Translations under genes and position numbers: made by a program
Shown: positions 60,659 to 64,000 of the stretch, piece after piece
Layout of the letters: every line of letters starts with the position of its first letter
Position numbering within the stretch: position 1 is the first letter of the stretch
The notes under the pieces: generated by a model
Databases searched by the model: none
What the model saw: only the letters and a program-made list of their open reading frames with translations
Told to the model about the DNA's origin: nothing
Source: Rhizodiscina lignyota
Taxonomy: Eukaryota
Length of the DNA stretch: 64,000 bases
NCBI GenBank assembly: GCA_010015805.1
Contig: ML978125.1
Location: 1,054,001-1,118,000, forward strand
Direction: 5' to 3'

Positions 60659-62750
60659 ATGCGCTTGTACAAACCCTTTCGAAGCTTTGCGGAAGCTTTG
60701 CGGGAAGATCCGCAGAATGCAATAAACGGACAGCACTGTCGAATTTGTGATCCGATAAATGCATCTTCTCATGAAGGACGCCAAGGATATTCGATTGCTT
60801 CGTTTCGTAATTCTGCTCAAGAAGGTTGCGGTTATTGTGAGCTCATCATTCGGGCCTTAGATATCTGCATCAAAGAGAAGCTTAAAGACGAGAGACATAT
60901 CGAAATTATCAACTTCAATGTCGCTGGGTCTCACCCAACGCATCCTGGCATCAGAATTCGGGACATGCATGATCCGACGTGCCGCGACTTTGCTTTTGAA
61001 TGCGTAGATGGCTTGTATCCACTTTCTTGGAGTTGTGCGTGCCCGATTGTTAGAGCACAACTAATAAATATGGTGTATAGGTCGGCAGACAGCATGGAGC
61101 GAGATACCATGTACTCGCCCAATCGATGGCGTCACGTCAGCGAAGAAATCGGCAGATTTCATAACGGCATGCTTGCAAAAGTGCGGCAGTGGCCACGATG
61201 CATGTGAGAAGCCAAAAGCGACTCCGCTGCCTCGACGAACGATCCTTGTTGGGTCGTCCGATCGCAAAATACGTCTGGTTGAACATTCCCAGGGGCAATC
61301 CGGCTTGTATACAGCGCTGAGCCATTGCTGAGGAGACATAATGCCCATCAAAACAACTACCAAGACACTGGATAGCTTCGCTCGAAATATACCATGGGAT
61401 GCGATGCCGAAAACGTTCCGTGACGCCGTCACTCTAACTCGGGTCCTTGGTATCAATCATATCTGGATCGACTCTCTCTGTATTGTACAGGACGATGACA
61501 ACGATTGGGCTGAACAGTCCGCCCAAATGGCAAGAATCTACGGCAGCTCTTTCCTTACTATATCTGCGACCGCTTCCTCCAATGGAGACGGCGGTCTTTT
61601 CCGGACTCCGCGACAAGATCCTAAATTGCTGGTAACTGCAGCGAAAGGGTCTCGAAAAGTCAGCATTGTCGCACGCAGAGTAAAAGATATTCGCTATCAT
61701 AAGCCCCAAAACTCGCCAAAGGGAGAGCTTCCACTGTTTCCTCTAACTCGCAGAGCTTGGGCTTTGCAAGAGACAATCTTGTCTAAGCGGATAGTGTACT
61801 TCTTAGACGATGAGATTGGCTGGCAGTGCCTTGGATCGTGGCTGTGTGAGTGTGGAGAGACTGCCTCATACTCGGATCAGCCATTCTGGAGTGACAGTAA
61901 CTTCTATGGTGATCCGGATACTTCAAGTGTTAATCTTTGGATGTCCATTGTGGAGCGCTACTCGAACTGCGCACTAAGTAAAAGCAAAGACAAGCTACCG
62001 GCCTTATCTGGTACTGCTCAAGCTCTGCTAGCACGTACCTCTTTGGATGTCGATTTGAAGAAGTACTATGCTGGGCTATGGGAATTTCAACTTGTGGATC
62101 AATTGCTCTGGGCCGCTAGCGCCGACGGCCACCCAAAGTCCAAAGTGGTCCCCTATAGAGCGCCGACCTGGTCTTGGGCGGCAATTGATACCCCTGTTGC
62201 CTTTGACAACCGTGTTTGGGGGCTGCTCGAACTAGGTTACAGGCTGTTACATGAAGCCCGGGTGCTGTCAGTGCACTATGAACTAGCAACGGCGGACCAA
62301 TATGGACAAGTATCCAACAGTCATCTTGAGATGTCCACCACAGTATTCCCAGCATATGTCGAACTTTCAGACAACAATTCCTCTCTGCAGGAGCGTCCGG
62401 AGCTCAGATTCCCACGTACTTTCAAAGGCCCAAGCGAGCAGTATCAGAGCTTTCTGAATCTCAGATGGTTCATCAGTATAACATTGGACTATCCTTACGA
62501 AGAGGCTTTTCCGACACTCAATACGGTTACCTGTGCAATTCTGCGATGCGAAGTTGAAATCGTCGCTAAGACACCTTCGGGTCAAAGGGATTGTCTCTTG
62601 GATGTTCTGCTTTTGAAGTCAACTTCCTCAAGTCCTGAGACCTTTGAAAGAGTAGGGGTTGGCCTCGTGCATAATTCGGTTTCGCCTCAAGACTTCGAGA
62701 TTCTGCAATCGACACTCCAACAATCTCAAACCGTCTTAAAAGTTATCTGA
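60659..62750 (+). pseudogene. HET (heterokaryon incompatibility) domain gene with one in-frame TGA at 61329-61331; exons 60659-~61034 and 61081-62750
   Basis: PLPRRTILV...YTALSHC*G, MPKTFRDAV, IWIDSLCIVQDD, DWAEQSAQMARIY, PLTRRAWALQE, DKLPALSG, YYAGLW, YRAPTWSWA and FERVG. Confidence 0.85.
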
Positions 62751-63004
62751 GGGCGCCAGCGCCGCAGCATCTCACCTTTGGGCATCTATATTAGCCGGCC
62801 TTAATCGAGCATGCGTATCTCAGAAGCTGTAGTGGAAAGTTGCGATGTTGATCGCCGCTCGTCCTTCGCGTAAGTGTTCTAGCCGGATTACTGCGCGAAG
62901 TCTGCGAAGTCTCTCGGATCCTAGGCTAGCGAGCCACCTAATCAAACGGGCTTGGGACATTCACCAGCGCTTTGAGATATCGAAGTTAGTCAGGTTACCA
63001 AGCT

Positions 63005-63490
63005 TGCATTATTCGCTCCATCGCGTACTGTGTTCAGAGCTTCACTATCTTAATTCGGTTCACCTTCTTCAAGTGAGCTGTACTATATGCGGAGGCTAGC
63101 GTATTCACTCGGTGACCATTCTTCTACCAACTTCACACCAGCGTCAAGCTTTAGTTGCTCATCCTGCATGCCTCTTTGGATCAGTCTTGCACTGCAAGTG
63201 GAGGGACGCTGCATGACTGGGGCGCTCTTCTTCCATTGACTTTACACTACATGCGGGGGTTGGCTAAGCTGCTCGGCTCACCATCTTCTCTCCACTTCAT
63301 ATTGTATGCGGAGCTTCGCCAACTTGCTCGGTCTACCCCCCTCGAGCGAGATTGTACAATGCGCAGAGGTTAGCTTATGTGCTCGGCGGCCTTTCTTCCA
63401 CCAATCTCATACAGTATGTTAAGCTTTACCAACTTACCCTACTTTCTTTCTTCCATTGGACTTCCACTGTACGTTGAGGGTCGTATGGCC
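63005..63490. repeat. Highly degenerate tandem array with 55-bp period, about 9 units
   Basis: TCGG anchor at 63055, 63109, 63273, 63328 and 63383; TTCTTCCA and ATGCGG motifs recur in register. Confidence 0.7.
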
Positions 63491-64000
63491 CTACGCACAT
63501 ATCGATACTAATCCTAAACTTCATGTTTCGGGTCTTGTCATCCTGCTGTACACCAGGATATAGGGCACCGTTTGCTCCTTTGTGAGTGCCTCCAATTGAA
63601 GTTGAAGAGCAGACTTGAGTTATTTATACTCCGTATGGCGGTAATCACCGAGGCGTTGCGATCCTGGCGTGGGAAGCTGAAGCTGGAGATCTAGAAGAGC
63701 AAGGAGTTTACTTTCACCTTCGTCCACTGGGCTCGAACGAATCGTCATCATCACGTTATAAAGTAATCACATGTTCTTCAATGCAATTGGCACGTGTGCA
63801 ATCAACTGCCTCCAGTCTATTATTTCACTCGCCTATCCTACCATCGCCGATGTTTTTAATTAGGTATTCCAGTATCAGTGGAGGGGAATCCTTCGAGAAA
63901 ACCACATTTGCCCATGAAATGACTATGCAAAGAACGCCAAAGCAAATGCACACAAACCTCTTTCGTCATGCATAAAACGCTATGCACAAGAACCATCAAA

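Noticed and set aside
29362..61331. UGA reassigned to Trp in this genome
   Set aside because: Many intact genes here (myosin I, PRP16, CKS1, hapC, FAH) terminate at TGA.

Overview
Gene-dense genomic DNA from a filamentous ascomycete (Pezizomycotina; short GT-AG introns with CTRAY-type branch points; class not determinable with certainty). About 25 intact intron-containing or single-exon genes can be reconstructed by hand. They are mostly housekeeping: F-box/JmjC protein (partial), eIF4A, FAH-family hydrolase, myosin I, polo kinase, OPA3, Mss116, Cks1, Pwp1, Prp16, a PWWP protein, Cmc2, prefoldin 2, HapC/NF-YB, TMEM14, Dad1/Ost2 and Aro8, many in tight head-to-head pairs. Not explained by these genes: (i) degenerate arrays built on a ~55-bp period at ~5.0-5.7 kb, a clear dispersed copy at ~40.7 kb sharing the same right end, and a separate 55-bp array at ~63.0-63.5 kb; (ii) a candidate structured Pol III ncRNA locus plus a tRNA-derived relic at 7.7-8.2 kb; (iii) two accessory genes (Diels-Alderase/CrtC-like secreted protein and a HET-domain gene), each interrupted by one TGA where a Trp is expected; (iv) a candidate ERCC1/FAAP24/Spo16-like protein; (v) possible alternative isoforms of hapC. 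All exon boundaries were read by eye and product calls rest on remembered family motifs, not database searches.
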